Shown: one piece after another, positions 38,371-52,270 of the stretch
Layout: every line of letters starts with the position of its first letter
Position numbering within the stretch: position 1 is the stretch's first letter
Assembly (NCBI RefSeq): GCF_009914755.1
Contig: NC_060938.1
Direction: 5' to 3' (one strand)
Length of the DNA stretch: 64,000 nt
DNA from: the human T2T-CHM13v2.0 reference genome, Homo sapiens
Translations under genes and position numbers: made by a program
The notes under the pieces: generated by a model
What the model saw: only the letters and a program-made list of their open reading frames with translations
What the model was told of the DNA's origin: nothing
The model's database searches: none

Positions 38371-41300
38371 TCAGCGTTCCATGATGAGACTCCTCTGTAG
38401 ACCTCAGACTTCCCCAAACCTGGGTCAAGAAGCTACAAAAAGCCTTTCTGAGCCTCGAGGGCGTCACCGTGAGAAGCAGCAGCCCCACGTCCAGCCTCCA
38501 TCGCCCAGGGGGGTGGGAGACAGGCATGCGGCAGACAAGCGTCCTCACAGCCAGTGGGACCCACTGTCTGGACCATCCCCTGGGATCACCTGTTTGGCCG
38601 CCTCCGCTGAGCTGCGGCGGAACTGGCGACTGTGCATTTCTCATGCTTGCATCCTCCCCTGGGAGCTGTGGGCCGAGGGGAGCAGAGAGGGGTCTGCCGG
38701 GGGAGGGGCTTCTCACAGGCGTGACTCTCTCTCCCCTTGAGCACTGCTCTGCAGCCTGGGATTTGATCTAGGGCAGAGCCCTTCCCAGCCCGGAGGCTGA
38801 AGAAAGGATTGCGGGCTCATGCACAGAGCCCTGGACAGGGACCTCCAAGCTAGCTCAGGCCTCGGTGACTGTCCTTCAAGCCTCTGAGATGCCAGAATGG
38901 TGCTGGGGGATGGAGATCCCTGCTGGGGATTCTGTGGGCAGAAGCGGCCCAGACGGTGTCCATCTCACTGGGGGTCTGGGCACCCGCCTCCCTGAAACTC
39001 CAGGGACAATGCCTCCCTGCCACCCGCCTCTGTGCTGGGGATGAAGGGGCTGGGGAACACCTCTGGGTAGAAGGGCCTTCGGCTGAGGTCTGGTGGGGGT
39101 CCTATGCAGAACAGGTGGGCACAGGCAGACACATGTGGGCATGCCCTTGGACACCAGCCCCAGGTCACGGAACCCCCCTTCACCTTGTCTTCCTGTCACA
39201 AAACCTCCCTTCACCTTGTCTTGCTGTCACAAAAGGCCTTCATTGGTAATGGGAATACACAAAGCCATCTGTTCTTCCTAGAGGCTGGGTTTCCAGGAGA
39301 GACCTGCCCTGAGCTCCTGGGCGGTCACGCCCCACCAGGGCTCCCCTGCATCCTACGCTGCTCAGCTGTCCTGAGCCAGCCCAGCCCAGCCTGGTCACCA
39401 TGGGCACTACAGAAATGCCCGGCACTGCTTCGGGGGCTCCTGAAGCAAACAAGGAGGCTGAGGGGGTGTCTCCCCAAGAGAAGCGGCCCATCCCCCTCCC
39501 CCGGACTCCCCAACCTCAGGCACAGGGCGCCTCTCTTCACGGGCAAGATTCATTCACAGGTGGCTCCACCTCCATGGTCCTGTGGGTTCGGCTCATTTGA
39601 GTGCACACAACGGACTCATATGGCCCAAGGACACTGGCCTCGACCTGGCACCAGGTTGGTAGTCATCTGACCAGCAGTACACAAATGAACAGACTGCAGC
39701 AAATTAAGAGAGGAACTAAGACGGCAAAGAACCAGGCGCCGAGGGAGAGAATAGCGGGAGGCCTGGTAGGCTGACAGGTCAGCGAGGTCCAGGGGATGAG
39801 AAGGACCCTGCCATGCAAGGAGCAGGACAGAGCTGGGATGGAGGCCTGTGCAGCTGGAGAGTCCTGAGCGAGGGCGGAGAGGAGGAGAAAAACACCAGCA
39901 GGAGCAGTGGGGCAGAAGCCAGCCCCTGTAGGGTGCAGCTGGCCGGGGCAAGGTGTCTGGGTCTTATCCTGACTGCAGTGGGCGTCACCTGAAGACTTCT
40001 TAAATGGGGGTTCCCATTTACCCTCACCCTGCCCCATGACCTTGACCCAGCATGTCTGGAGAGATGGGTCCAGAGAGGCATGCATTTCTTGATGACAAAA
40101 GAAAAAGGCCCCAAGAAGCAGGGATCCGTCTGGGTCTCCCATCAGCTGGCCCAGAGCACACACACCCTCAATCTGCTGAGCATTCTGTCCATGACTGTCC
40201 ACGGTGCACGGAGGCCTGGGCTCCATGCGCCCCACACCAAGGGTGCCGGCAGATGAAGCAGGCTCGTCCCTGCTGCCTGCATCACACGGCAGGATGGGAT
40301 CTTATCACCCATCATGGAAGATGGGTCTTTATAGGGGGACAAATAAGTCCAAAGAAGCATTCCAGCCCAGGGCAGGTAAGGACCTCGTGCCCCTGCCCCT
40401 TGCTGGCCTGACCTCTTCCTGGATGGAGGATGTGGGTGTGATGGTGAGGACACTGCATCTTCTGGGACTCCAAAGAGCCAAGCCCCAGACAGCCTAGAAG
40501 GTGGCAGTGAGGCCCAGGGGAAGGCGCACTGGCCAAGGAGTCAGAAGATCGAGTCTTGATTCTGGACTAAGCACAGGTGCCAGCTCCTTGAATTCAGCCC
40601 AGGTTCCAAAGGATGCAGGATAGTCTCTGAGCAGCCAAGGCCATGCATCAATGCTCAGCACTTGCCCTCAGGAGGCCCTTCCTTGGAGTACACTAACTTT
40701 GACCTGACTCACAGTACAACCAGGTGTGGTGATTCTGGGTTGGATTTGGGGCAGTGGGGAGGAGGGAGTGTTGCTACAGGTACGCATGTGAACAGCAGGG
40801 AGAGGTGACAGATGGGAACCACATTGAGACCCTACCTGGCCAAGAGGCTTTGGCCCATGAGATAACCCCCAGTCTCAGGGCCCCAGGAATGCACCAAGAT
40901 GCATTCAAGGTGAATTTCTTGCTCCTGGAAGTTTGTGGTGAGTTGAGGGTGGATGGAGCAGTTCCACTCCTGTCCTGATTCCTGGTCCTCACTGCTGGCC
41001 TCTGGGCCTGGCCAACCTTTTCTTCCCCATGCCCCTCCTTTGGCCCTGACTCTGCAGATCAGCTGAAGGCCAGAGCAGGCAACGAGGGAGAGAGGGCTGG
41101 GTTGGCCCCTGGCACAGTAGGTGTGTCCTGCGGGGAGGAAGAAGAGGAGGTAGATGGCGGAGCTGCTTCACTGCATTCACAGCCTGGGAGTGTGTTATGC
41201 GCAGGTGGGAGAGAGGCTGTGCTATTCCGAAGCTTGGAGAGGGGACCGCTGAGTCAGGGTACATGCGTATGGGGAAGGGAGAGAATGGCAGGAGGCCTAC

Positions 41301-44300
41301 TGAAGAAATGGGGTTGAGAGGGAGGGGGCAGGAATGGCAGGGGGCTGGGAAAACTGAAACTGGTGAAGGGGTGAGGCCCAACACTTAAAATTTGGTGCAT
41401 GTTATTTACACCAAAAGCAGACGATTTCACTCACCCAGATAGAGAAAAAAAATGAGTTTACTGCAATTCTAAATAGAGTCTGTCAGTTTAAAAGGTGGAC
41501 TCTGGCAAGTCTGTGGGAACAAGCCTCCATTCACACCACAGAAACCACCACTGACCAGTTTCTATGTGCCAGGCATCGTGCCAGGCACCGTCGGGAGAGA
41601 GATGAGTAAGATGAGATGACCAATCCCCATCTACCGTGTGTGCACACAACCACGCATTCGCAAGGGTGTGGGCACACGAACACCGACATACACCTACCTA
41701 CAGCAGAAAGCAGAATTGTAAATTCAGGGACAGCTATGACTCTAGCAGTTGGACAGGGAAGAGAGAGCTCTATACTCGTCCAGGATGACATCTCAGAGGA
41801 GGTGGCATTTGAGTTGGGTCTCCAGGGAGGAGCAGCAAGGACTCAACTGGAAGAAATGAGGGGAAGGACACTGACCAGAGAGACCTCTGGGAGTGCTCGA
41901 TGAGCCAGGAGGAGGGCAGGAAACCTCTGGAACCTGAACCATTTCTCTCCCCACCAAGGCCTCAGTTCCCACATCAGTAAAACAAGGGATTGGCCCTTGA
42001 CCATGAAGGTTCATTCTGGCTCAGACTCCATAGGAAACTCATTTCCACCCCTCCCTGGCATTCCAGGTGCCCCCAGGTAACCAGATCTTCTCTATATGCC
42101 ACACATTCAGTAAGAACTAACCTTTCTCTGGGCTATCCCAAAGCTCCAGAAAGAGTGTAAATCCTAAAAAGAAAACTAATTTCACTGATTAACTTTCTAT
42201 TGAGTCTATGATCCAGGAAAGATCTTGGGAAAAATATCCATGAAATAATCAAGCTAAGGAGATGAAAGACTGGAGTTGGAGAGGGAGGGAGAGAGCTGAG
42301 GGTAGCAGGTTCCCAGGGAGGAGCCATATTGGGATCATCCAGCTTGGAAGGGTGCTGGAGAGGATGATTGTAGGGTGACAACTGTGCAACAGGCTCAGAG
42401 ACCCACAGTCCACCTGGAGAGGAGCATGGAGCCCCCAGGACAAAAATGGAACTGATAAATTTGACTGTGTTGAGAGGAGGCATTGTTAACCCCAGGAAAG
42501 GAAACAGCATAGTACGCTATGTGGCTCAGCTATGCACAGTATGTTCTTTGTTACACTAAGGTAAGCACTGAATAGGCACAGAATCCCATACTGAGCCCCA
42601 TTCTAGGTGGAGAATGAGAAGAGGGGAAGTATGTTGTATGTCTGTACTGCAAGGGTGTTGGCCTTGGTATCTTCCACAGTGGAAAGTAAATAGATGGTGC
42701 TTAAAATGGAAAGAAAATTTAAATAGCAGTATACACATCACTTAGCATATGGAGAGAAACATCAGAAGAAACAGCTAACTGTTGAAAGTGGTTGCCTCTC
42801 AAGAATGTGACTTGGGGGAAAAGACAGGGGGCTGCTGTCTTTCTTAAGAGCCTTGGGAGCACATTTGACATTTTAAGCCATAGTATGTATATGTATTCCT
42901 TTGATAAAAATTAAAACTAAATTAAAAGGAGGGAATAAATGTGCAATGCTCTAGCCATACTTTCTAATCATTAAGCTGTCTCAAAAGGCATGCACAACAT
43001 GCCTGACTCTTTGGAGAGGACACAACCTTCACTCCTTTCTCCTTCTCTTCCCCATTAACCTGTATTTTTTTTCTCTTCATAGTCTTTAAGATCACCTCAT
43101 TTATTAATTTGCTGGTGTGTGTGCTTAATCTGCCTCCTCCAGCAGGAGGAGAACAGGGACTGTCTTGTTTCTTCTGCATCCCTTGTGCTTAGTCCCCAGC
43201 ACACATTAGGTGCTCAATAAATGGATCAACACTGAACAGTCCTGTGCCAGTCAATGGGTTTTCTAAGGCACCATCAAAAAGGCTTGAGCATTCAAAAGTG
43301 CTCGTTCTACTGAAAGTGGCTCAACCACAAACAGCTGATGAGGACCAGAGCCCAGCAATAAGTGGTGCTTAGGCACAATCACGCACACTCAAGCCCACAT
43401 CCAGGAAGCAGCACGCTTGCTTAAGGTCAGCAATTAACGTCTGCAGGGTCAGCCAAACCGTCCTGAAACCACGTATTGGTCTTTCTGCCAATTATACCAG
43501 TAAGTGAGAGGGAAATGGCTGTCCAGTGGCTTCATGGCAATTGGGAACAGACCCACGCCACAGATGGCCAATGGAGGCAAGGTGTTCATCCTGTGCCAGC
43601 ATGGGCGTGTCTCCGTGCAGGGGGTGGGCATCATCTCCCCTCAACACAGGAGCTCTTCTCTGAGTGAAGGGTGTGGCTGTCAGAGAAGCTGCAAATGCCA
43701 CCCCAGGAAAACAGCCACATCCCTGCAAGTGCACAGGCCTGTGGGGCTCCCCAAGCTGGGATCTGAGGTCTACCTGGGCAGCGGGTGCCTTGCCCCTTGG
43801 AGCTTTATCTTGATGACTCTCTGTGGTCATCACTGGTTTTAGGTTTGTCTCCTGCCCTGGACGGACACTCGTGTTGTCTCTGCTCTTCTGCCTCTCCTCT
43901 GACTGTGATCCACCATTCTTTGGGGGCAGTCTGGTCTGATTGATGTCCACTTCTTCCCCCGAAAAGGTATGTGCAGCATGGGCAGGGACTGTGCCGGTGG
44001 TGCCCACTCCTGTAGCCCAGTGCCTGGCACCTGGTCCTGGCACCTGGCCCAGCCCTGGCGGGCACAGTGATCAGCATTTATACGTCCAAGAGGCTGAATG
44101 CCTGAGTGGTGATGGTCCCCCTGCGATCCAGGATGGGGACACAAAAGGCTGCTCGGAGATTGTCATTTCAGAGAGGGAAAACGGAGGCCACAGAGGGAAG
44201 CGATACCTGCTGAGCCCAGCTGAGCCCAGCTGAGCCCGGCGGGGCTGGGGCTGGGAAGGGAACAGGCCTGGGGACTTGACTCCCAGTTCTGGGCTCTTTT

Positions 44301-46010
44301 AACAAATCAGGCTGTCCTGCTGTCAGAAACATGTGCCCGTCAGGCCTAGGGGTGGGAGGACACCCAGGTGCCAGGCACGGGGGTACCCAGCACCCAAGGG
44401 CTCTGGGGCCTGCTCTCCATGTGGCTGTAGATAAAAAGGCTTGTTTACAACAAGCCCGGGGCAATGAAGCCACCAAAATGCATGTTGCATGGGCTCCCTA
44501 TGGCTGGGAACCCCCTCTGGAGTTTGGGGTCATTGACAGCAGACTTGGGGGCCACTGCTCGTGCTCATGCAAATTCAAGTAACACCCTCCCCGCCCAGTC
44601 CCCTGGCCTGGCTAATGTACCTCTTTAAGAAACCTCCCACCCCACCTGGCTACCAGGTCTGGGCAAGGTGCCCCTCCTCTGAACACCGTCTACCCAGTGC
44701 ACAGGTGGGACTTGGTGAAGGCTTGCTGAGTCACAGGAGGAAGTGTTATTTCACCTAATCTGCGTCTAGCAAGTGCTAGTGAGACTCTTCCTCCTGCCAA
44801 GGTCCAGCCCCCTTTCAGCCAGGCCTTGGACACAGATGTGAGGGCCCTGCGGGGTGCGCCTTCCACAGCTGCAACTCAGCCCTCGGTGCCGCCCGTCCCT
44901 GCCGAGGCCCGTGTCCCGGCAGCTGACACCCCCAGGTGCCAAGGCATCTCCAGAGTCACCTCCTCCCTGACCTACCCGATTCTAGAAACATCCTCTTGGC
45001 AACCTGGCTCTGAAAGGCTGTGTTGGGGCCATTTACAAAGATCTCTTGGAAATTCCTAGGACTCGAGGCTATGAGAGTTAAAAGAAAAAAAAAAGAGTAG
45101 GGTTTATCACTAAATTTTCCTTTTAATGGTTTTGCAGTGACATGAGATACTTTTGTTTCCTGAGAGAAAAGGCATGTTTTAGATGAATTATTGACCAAAA
45201 ACAATTGGCCGTGAGCAAGAAATCCTCCACTTCGCTGGAGAGAAATGTGGACAGGCAGCTGGCCTGAGTGAGGATGCTATCTCTTACAGCCCCAGCTGAG
45301 GTCAGCGCCTGGGGGGGCAGTGGGGAGCACTCTGCTCTGTAGGCGGGGTTGCAGCTTCTGCTGCCTCCTTCTCTCTCCACCAAGGGGTTAGGCCGCCCTC
45401 CCCAGCCTCCTTCTAGGTGGGTTTTGGCAGTATTGGGCTCTATTTCTGCCTTCACCCTCAATGAACACAGTCCCCTCTTGTCATTAAATATCTGTCTGCT
45501 GCACCAGGGATACTCTCTCTGGACTATGAAGACCTCGAGGTCAAAGGGCTGGGTCCTATTCCTCGGTGTCCCCAGGTCTTGGTCTGCAGATGGATGCAGA
45601 GCCTGGTGCAGGGCAGCAAAGGGGCTGCGCAGCATAGCGTCGGCTTACACCCCAACTGCCTGCTTCACGGGCTTTCTGCCCTGTGCCCCCGGGAGGCCGA
45701 CCTTACTGACGGTGTGTCCTGATTCCCCTGCTTCTTGGGTTTGGCCAGTGTGAGGCACCCACGGGAAACCTAAGCATGGAGAGCTGCTGGGAGCAATTCT
45801 TCCCCCTTCCTGCCTGTTTTGGGGCTGCTTCTCTGACAGTTCCAACCGCAGCTCCTGCTAGGCGGCCCTTCTCCTAAGTGCGAGTCTCTCACGAGGTTCC
45901 CACGGCACTAGTTTCCCGCTTGCCTGTCTTCCTAGAGGTGCTAACCGCCCCCACTCTGCAAGTCCCTGAGTGCCTCACCTGCCCCACTTGCTCTCTGGGC
46001 CTGCCCAAAG

Positions 46011-46190
46011 CGCTGGAATAATCCTCGCCACCCGCTGGAAGAAGCCCCATCCATGCCCCAGAGGAGCACCACCCACACCCCTGGAAGAAGCCCCGCCCAC
46101 ACCACATAAGGATCCCCGCCCATGCCTCTAGAAGAAGCCCCGCCCACGCCCTGGTGGAGCCCCGCCCCTGCCCCTGGAAGAAGCCCACTA
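46011..46190. repeat. Degenerate ~24-bp minisatellite (cctggaagaagccccgcccacgc-like)
   Basis: About 7-8 diverged units; gaagaagccc occurs four times and ccccgccc four times. Confidence 0.8.
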
Positions 46191-47056
46191 TCTGAAGTCT
46201 GGTCCACTGAGCCATCTGGGATGAGTTCTGTTTTTTCCAGGGTGCTAACAGACCCAGGAGCCAAGAGCTCAGAGAAAGTGGAAGAGGACAGACAGGAGGC
46301 CCCTCTATAGCTGCTCTGAGATGACGCCCCTCACACCCTTCCTGGGAGCCCCCAGCCCACCTGAGACAAAGCCCAGCAGGCTACCGCTGAGCAGCACTGC
46401 CCTAGTGAGCTATTAATGTGAGTTTGTTCTCTTTCCCTCCTCCGGTAGAAGCAGGTAGCACATTTCTTCAGGGGAGGTTTGGGGCAGGGAGGGAGGCAGA
46501 AGTGGCTCAGGTGTCTTTTGTAAGAACACGAGTTTATATTAAACAGATTATTCATGTTGAGCCTCTCCCAGGGGAAGTGGGGCGTGTCTGCAAGGAGACT
46601 GGCAGCCATGGCCTGGTGGCGCACACTCTTCCCCCAAAAAGCAGCTACCGAAGCTAATCTTCAGTACTTCCTAGTGTCTAGTCACGGGCAAAGTCACCAC
46701 TCAGCCTGGTGACAAAGGCCTCCCCAGTCAGGCTCACGGCTTCCCAGCCTCATCTCCTGCGTCGCAGGGGCTTCCTGGTGTCCGGCTGCTCCCCTCACAG
46801 GTGCCTTGACCTAGAATGCCTCCTCTGCTCCGCTGCTTAAAACCCTCCTCCCATTCCAGCAGGCCCTCAGCTCAAATGCTTTATGGTCCAGATCAGAATG
46901 CACCGTGACTCCTCCGGGCAGCCACAGCGGGCTGCCAGCAAACCTCGCACAGCCTCATGGAGCAGCCTGTAGGCACAGCCTCTGTCTTACCTGTTTGTAT
47001 GCCCACCAAGCCTGGCACAAAGAAGGTGCCTACAAAACACGTGGGAATTGGATTAG

Positions 47057-47399
<343 letters not shown>

Positions 47400-48652
47400 C
47401 CCACCTTGGTTTTCAAGACTAAGCCGCTACCCAGAGTTACAGGGTCTTAGAGCATGGGGCCTTTCTGTCTGTATGTCCTTCTGGCCTCAAAGAAGCACAG
47501 ACGGACCTCACCAAACCCCGAGTGTCCCCTCTCCCACATCCCTGAGGAAGGGCAGGCAGGAATACCGAGGTCTGTTCTTAGCCCAACACTGGAGTCGAAC
47601 TCGTCAATAACCCTGAAACACGGTGTGTAGTCAGGGCTGGGCTTCGGAGTATTTTTGTTCTGGGTTCAATTTCTGACTCCATTGCTCACCAGTTGTGCCA
47701 CCCTGGGCAGCTCTCCAACTCCTTAGAACCTCAACCTCCTCTGCAAAATGGAGCTGACTGGGAAAATGTAGGTGGAGATGAACTAAGAGAACGTTGGTGA
47801 GGAGAACCCAGTGCCCGGCTGAGGTATTGCTGATTACAGTTATGCCTGTGTTATTTATCAGTGTTTTTGGAGACTGCCCTGCAGCATGTGCATTTTGGGC
47901 AGAGGGGGCTCTGAATTTGGGTTCTCGGCTGGGTGGCAGATGCCCAGGACATGGCCTGTCCTGCATGGAGCCGCCATGCCCGGGCCCTGCCGCCAGGTGT
48001 CCTCCCTCCTGTGCCCCGTTACCAGGACGCTCCTGGTCTATTGGCTTTCTGTGGCCCCCCATCCTGTGTGCCTGACTTGTTTTAAGACTTTTACCTTGAT
48101 ATTTTACTTTCTGCTTTTGAATTACTAAAGTGAAATCACATAGAACAACCAACTTAAAGAGTAAACTTAAATATTTTAGATGTTAGGAATGTTCTTAATG
48201 TGGCCCTCTAATTTTGGGAGTCAGGAAATGTTTTAAAAACTTCCTTAGAAATATTATATTGTTAACAACTCCTATGACTCTTTGGTGTTTTGCAACATTT
48301 TTGTATTTTTCACGTTGCACTGGGCCTGACATATAATTGGTGCTAATCAATTGCTTGTGGAATCAAACTCTCTAAAGTGACAGAGACATTATTTCTGAGA
48401 TCAACTTTAAAATATTTCGGCAATGAAAAAGATCAAAGGAAAAATAAAATAGATATAGCAAATACAGCAAAATCTTGATGAACTGTTGAATCGGGGTGAG
48501 GGTAGATGGAAGGTCACTGTATATTCTTTCTGCTTCTTATATGCTTAACAACTTTTATAATTTAAAATAATGATACGGGATGTGTGTAGGAGCCCCAAGC
48601 CCAGCTGGGGTTCCCTTCGGCTTGAAGCTGGGTGCAGTGAGTGAGCACTCAC

Positions 48653-48782
48653 CTTTTTATGGCTTTGTAGCAAATGATGACAAGCACAGTCAGAAACACC
48701 AGGGAGGCACAGCATACGGCAATGATGATCACCAGCCCCGACCACCAGCTTTCCTCAGTGGGGCAAGAGGTAGAGTTGGGAG
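48653..48782 (-). CDS. PRIMA1: PRIMA1 transmembrane exon (APNSTSCPTEESWWSGLVIIIAVCCASLVFLTVLVIICYKAIKR)
   Basis: Minus-strand acceptor cctgtctttttcag| and donor AAG|GTGAGT; 130 nt, phase 1 to 2; encodes an NST sequon, a hydrophobic helix and a basic stop-transfer segment. Confidence 0.95.
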
Positions 48783-48844
48783 CTGAAAAAGACAGGAGCA
48801 GCCTGAGTGTCACCTGGATGAGCTGGTCATGGCCAGTGACAGAG

Positions 48845-49080
48845 GTGGGACCATCATGGGTGACACCAACAGAGGCGTGGGGAGGTCACTGGTGGGACCA
48901 TCATGGGTGACACCAACAGAGGCGTGGGGAGGTCACTGGTGGGACCATTATGGGTGACACCAACAGAGGCATGGGGAGGTCATTGGTGGGACCATCATGG
49001 GTGACACTAACAGAGGCGTGGGGAGGTCACTGGTGGGACCATTATGGGTGACACCAACAGAGGCACAGGGAGGCCACTGG
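48845..49080. repeat. 47-bp minisatellite, ~5 copies (agaggcgtggggaggtcactggtgggaccatcatgggtgacaccaac)
   Basis: Unit starts at 48871, 48918, 48965, 49012 and 49059. Confidence 0.95.
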
Positions 49081-50069
49081 CATCCATCACCTGGCTGAAG
49101 GCTCCCTGACCTTTCCGGCCATCCCTGCCCCCACCCTGCGGCAGGTGACATCATGGCTGGCCCCCAGCCAGGCTGGCCTCTGAGCGCCTCCATCCCTGCC
49201 CCGGCGTGCTCAGAGCAGGGGCTGAGCGCCACGCCCCAGGCCATCCATCCTCCCTCGGCATGAGCTAACTGACAGCAGGGTCAGGTCTAATTCCCCATAA
49301 AAAATAACAGAGCATCTCATTCTCTCAGCTGAGGCACTAAATCTGGTTCCTCTGCAGGCGGGGGTGGGGAGCGGGGCTCACAGGGGATGCTGAGGGAGGA
49401 AGGAAAGAAAGGGAGGACTGCCAATGTCCGTTTCTTGAGCTAATTTCTTGCAAGACGCAGACTTTCTCCCTTCTTGGATTCAGCCCGTGGGGTGGGTATT
49501 TGCTGCTGTCTCAGTTTGCACGGGGGTGGTCAAAATTTGGAAAAGTGTCACTGACAAGGCACCGGACACTGGTGCTCCAGGGCCCTCTCTTAGTCACTCA
49601 ATCCGTGGAGTCCTTGGGGTGAACCTGTCCTCCCTCCCTTGGCACAGGCTGTCTTGGGGTGGACCTGAAGGACTTGTGTCAGTGAGGCCGGTTCGCTTTC
49701 CTCTGAGAAAAGCAAAGACATCACACAGCCTCATCCCAGGGCTTCTGGGAAGACTCAGACACAACTGGAAAGGAGTGCCCAGAATTGCAAAAGGAATGGG
49801 AGGGAGAAAGGAAGGAAGTGAGAGGGAAAAGAGAAACAAAGAGGAAAGGGGATGATGAGGGAGGAAGGAAGGGATGGACGGATGGATGGATGGACAGAGA
49901 GACAGTATTAACTTTGGACAGGTCTCCAAGACGTGAATATATGCAAAAGAATCAGAAATACACCCCAGACTTGGTGTCCACTCTATGATAGATACTTTGA
50001 GGGGTGCAACAGTAAGTGGGGAACCAGGGGATGACTTCCCAAAGGGTAATATGGATGGCTTCATTATTA

Positions 50070-51000
<931 letters not shown>

Positions 51001-51204
51001 TGCAGCATGAAGAAAGGTGGAAAGAAGAAAGAAGATGGCAAGAAGGGAGCAGTTACTGATTTGTTGCAGCTGGATTAGGAGATCCAGGGAGCCACTATGT
51101 GCTTCCTAGTGAACCAGCACCGAAACCCCACTAACAAATGCAAGGTGCCTAGGAGTGAGCCTCAGGTGTCACAGAGACCAAGTCGAATCAGAAATTCTTC
51201 CTGA

Positions 51205-51515
51205 TGGTGGTTCACGCCTGTAATCCCAGCAATTTGGGAGGCCGAGGAAGGTGGATCACCTGAGGTCAGGAGTTTGAGACCAGCCTGACCAACATAGTGA
51301 AACCCCGTCTCTACTAAAAATACAAAAATTATCTGGGCGTGGTGGCAGGCACCTGTAATCCCAGCTACTCAGGAGGCTGAGGCAGAAGAATCGCTTGAAC
51401 CGGGAGGTGGAGGTTGCAGTGAGCTAAGATTGTGCCATTGCACTCCAGCCTGGGTGACAGAGCAAGACTCCAGCTAAAAAAAAAAAATCAATAAATAAAA
51501 TAAAATAAAAAGAAA
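51205..51515 (+). mobile_element. AluS, slightly 5' truncated
   Basis: Alu dimer; TSD agaaat(t/g)cttcctga. Confidence 0.93.
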
Positions 51516-52074
51516 GAAATGCTTCCTGAGAGATGGCTGATAGGAGGATGCCACTGGGCCTCTCAGTCAGGGCAGCACCAGGCCTTTAGAAACCTCAACA
51601 CTGAAAAGATACAGAATATAGCATTGAAAATAGGAATGAACTCTAAAATAAGAAAAAGGAGACCCAAAGGGATTCTCATTTTCCCCATGATGAACTTGTT
51701 CAAGGCTTTCTTGGTGAAATATCAAACAAAAAATCCTTCCCTCCAATTCCTCACCTTGGGGTATCCCTGACTTGGCTGTGTCTTCCTGGGGTGATGCCCC
51801 CACCTTCCCTACACTCTGGGAAGTCAGAAGTCACTGCTGGAGAGTCAGAAATATAGCCAGATCATCCAAGGCTGTTCTGTCTACACTGCACCCCTAAGCC
51901 TCAAAGGTCTACCTCCTCATTTTCACCACAAAGGGAAGCAATTTTGGTTTCCATGGCTCTACTTCTTCAGGCTGTGACACCTCTGGGAGAGACCCCAGGG
52001 CCATGCCTGCCACCAATGGTCCAGGACCACAGACAGTCACACCGACACTCCTGTGGCTGGGGACAGAGCTACCA

Positions 52075-52270
52075 GTGTGTGGTCTCAGCCAGGGGCTGCC
52101 ACACCCCCTCCAGTAAGCACTTGGAAATATCGGAGTGGGTGCTGTCTTTGGTTGTTGCAATGTGTGATCCCAGCAGCTATGGATGTTAATGACAATGAAC
52201 TGGATACTCTCACACAAGGCAGAATTGTCCCTTGAAAAATACTAACAGGGCCCCTGTTGAGAAATTTCAT
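52075..52270. mobile_element. MER20-like hAT fossil
   Basis: gtggtctcagccagggg...cacttggaaatatc...gttgagaaa ends. Confidence 0.55.

Noticed and set aside
37776-38740. Cys/Val-rich and His/Thr-rich ORFs
   Set aside because: Translations of the CA/TA dinucleotide tract.
48845-49080. Regularly spaced repeats resembling a CRISPR array
   Set aside because: The units are contiguous with no unique spacers, and the context is eukaryotic; this is a minisatellite.
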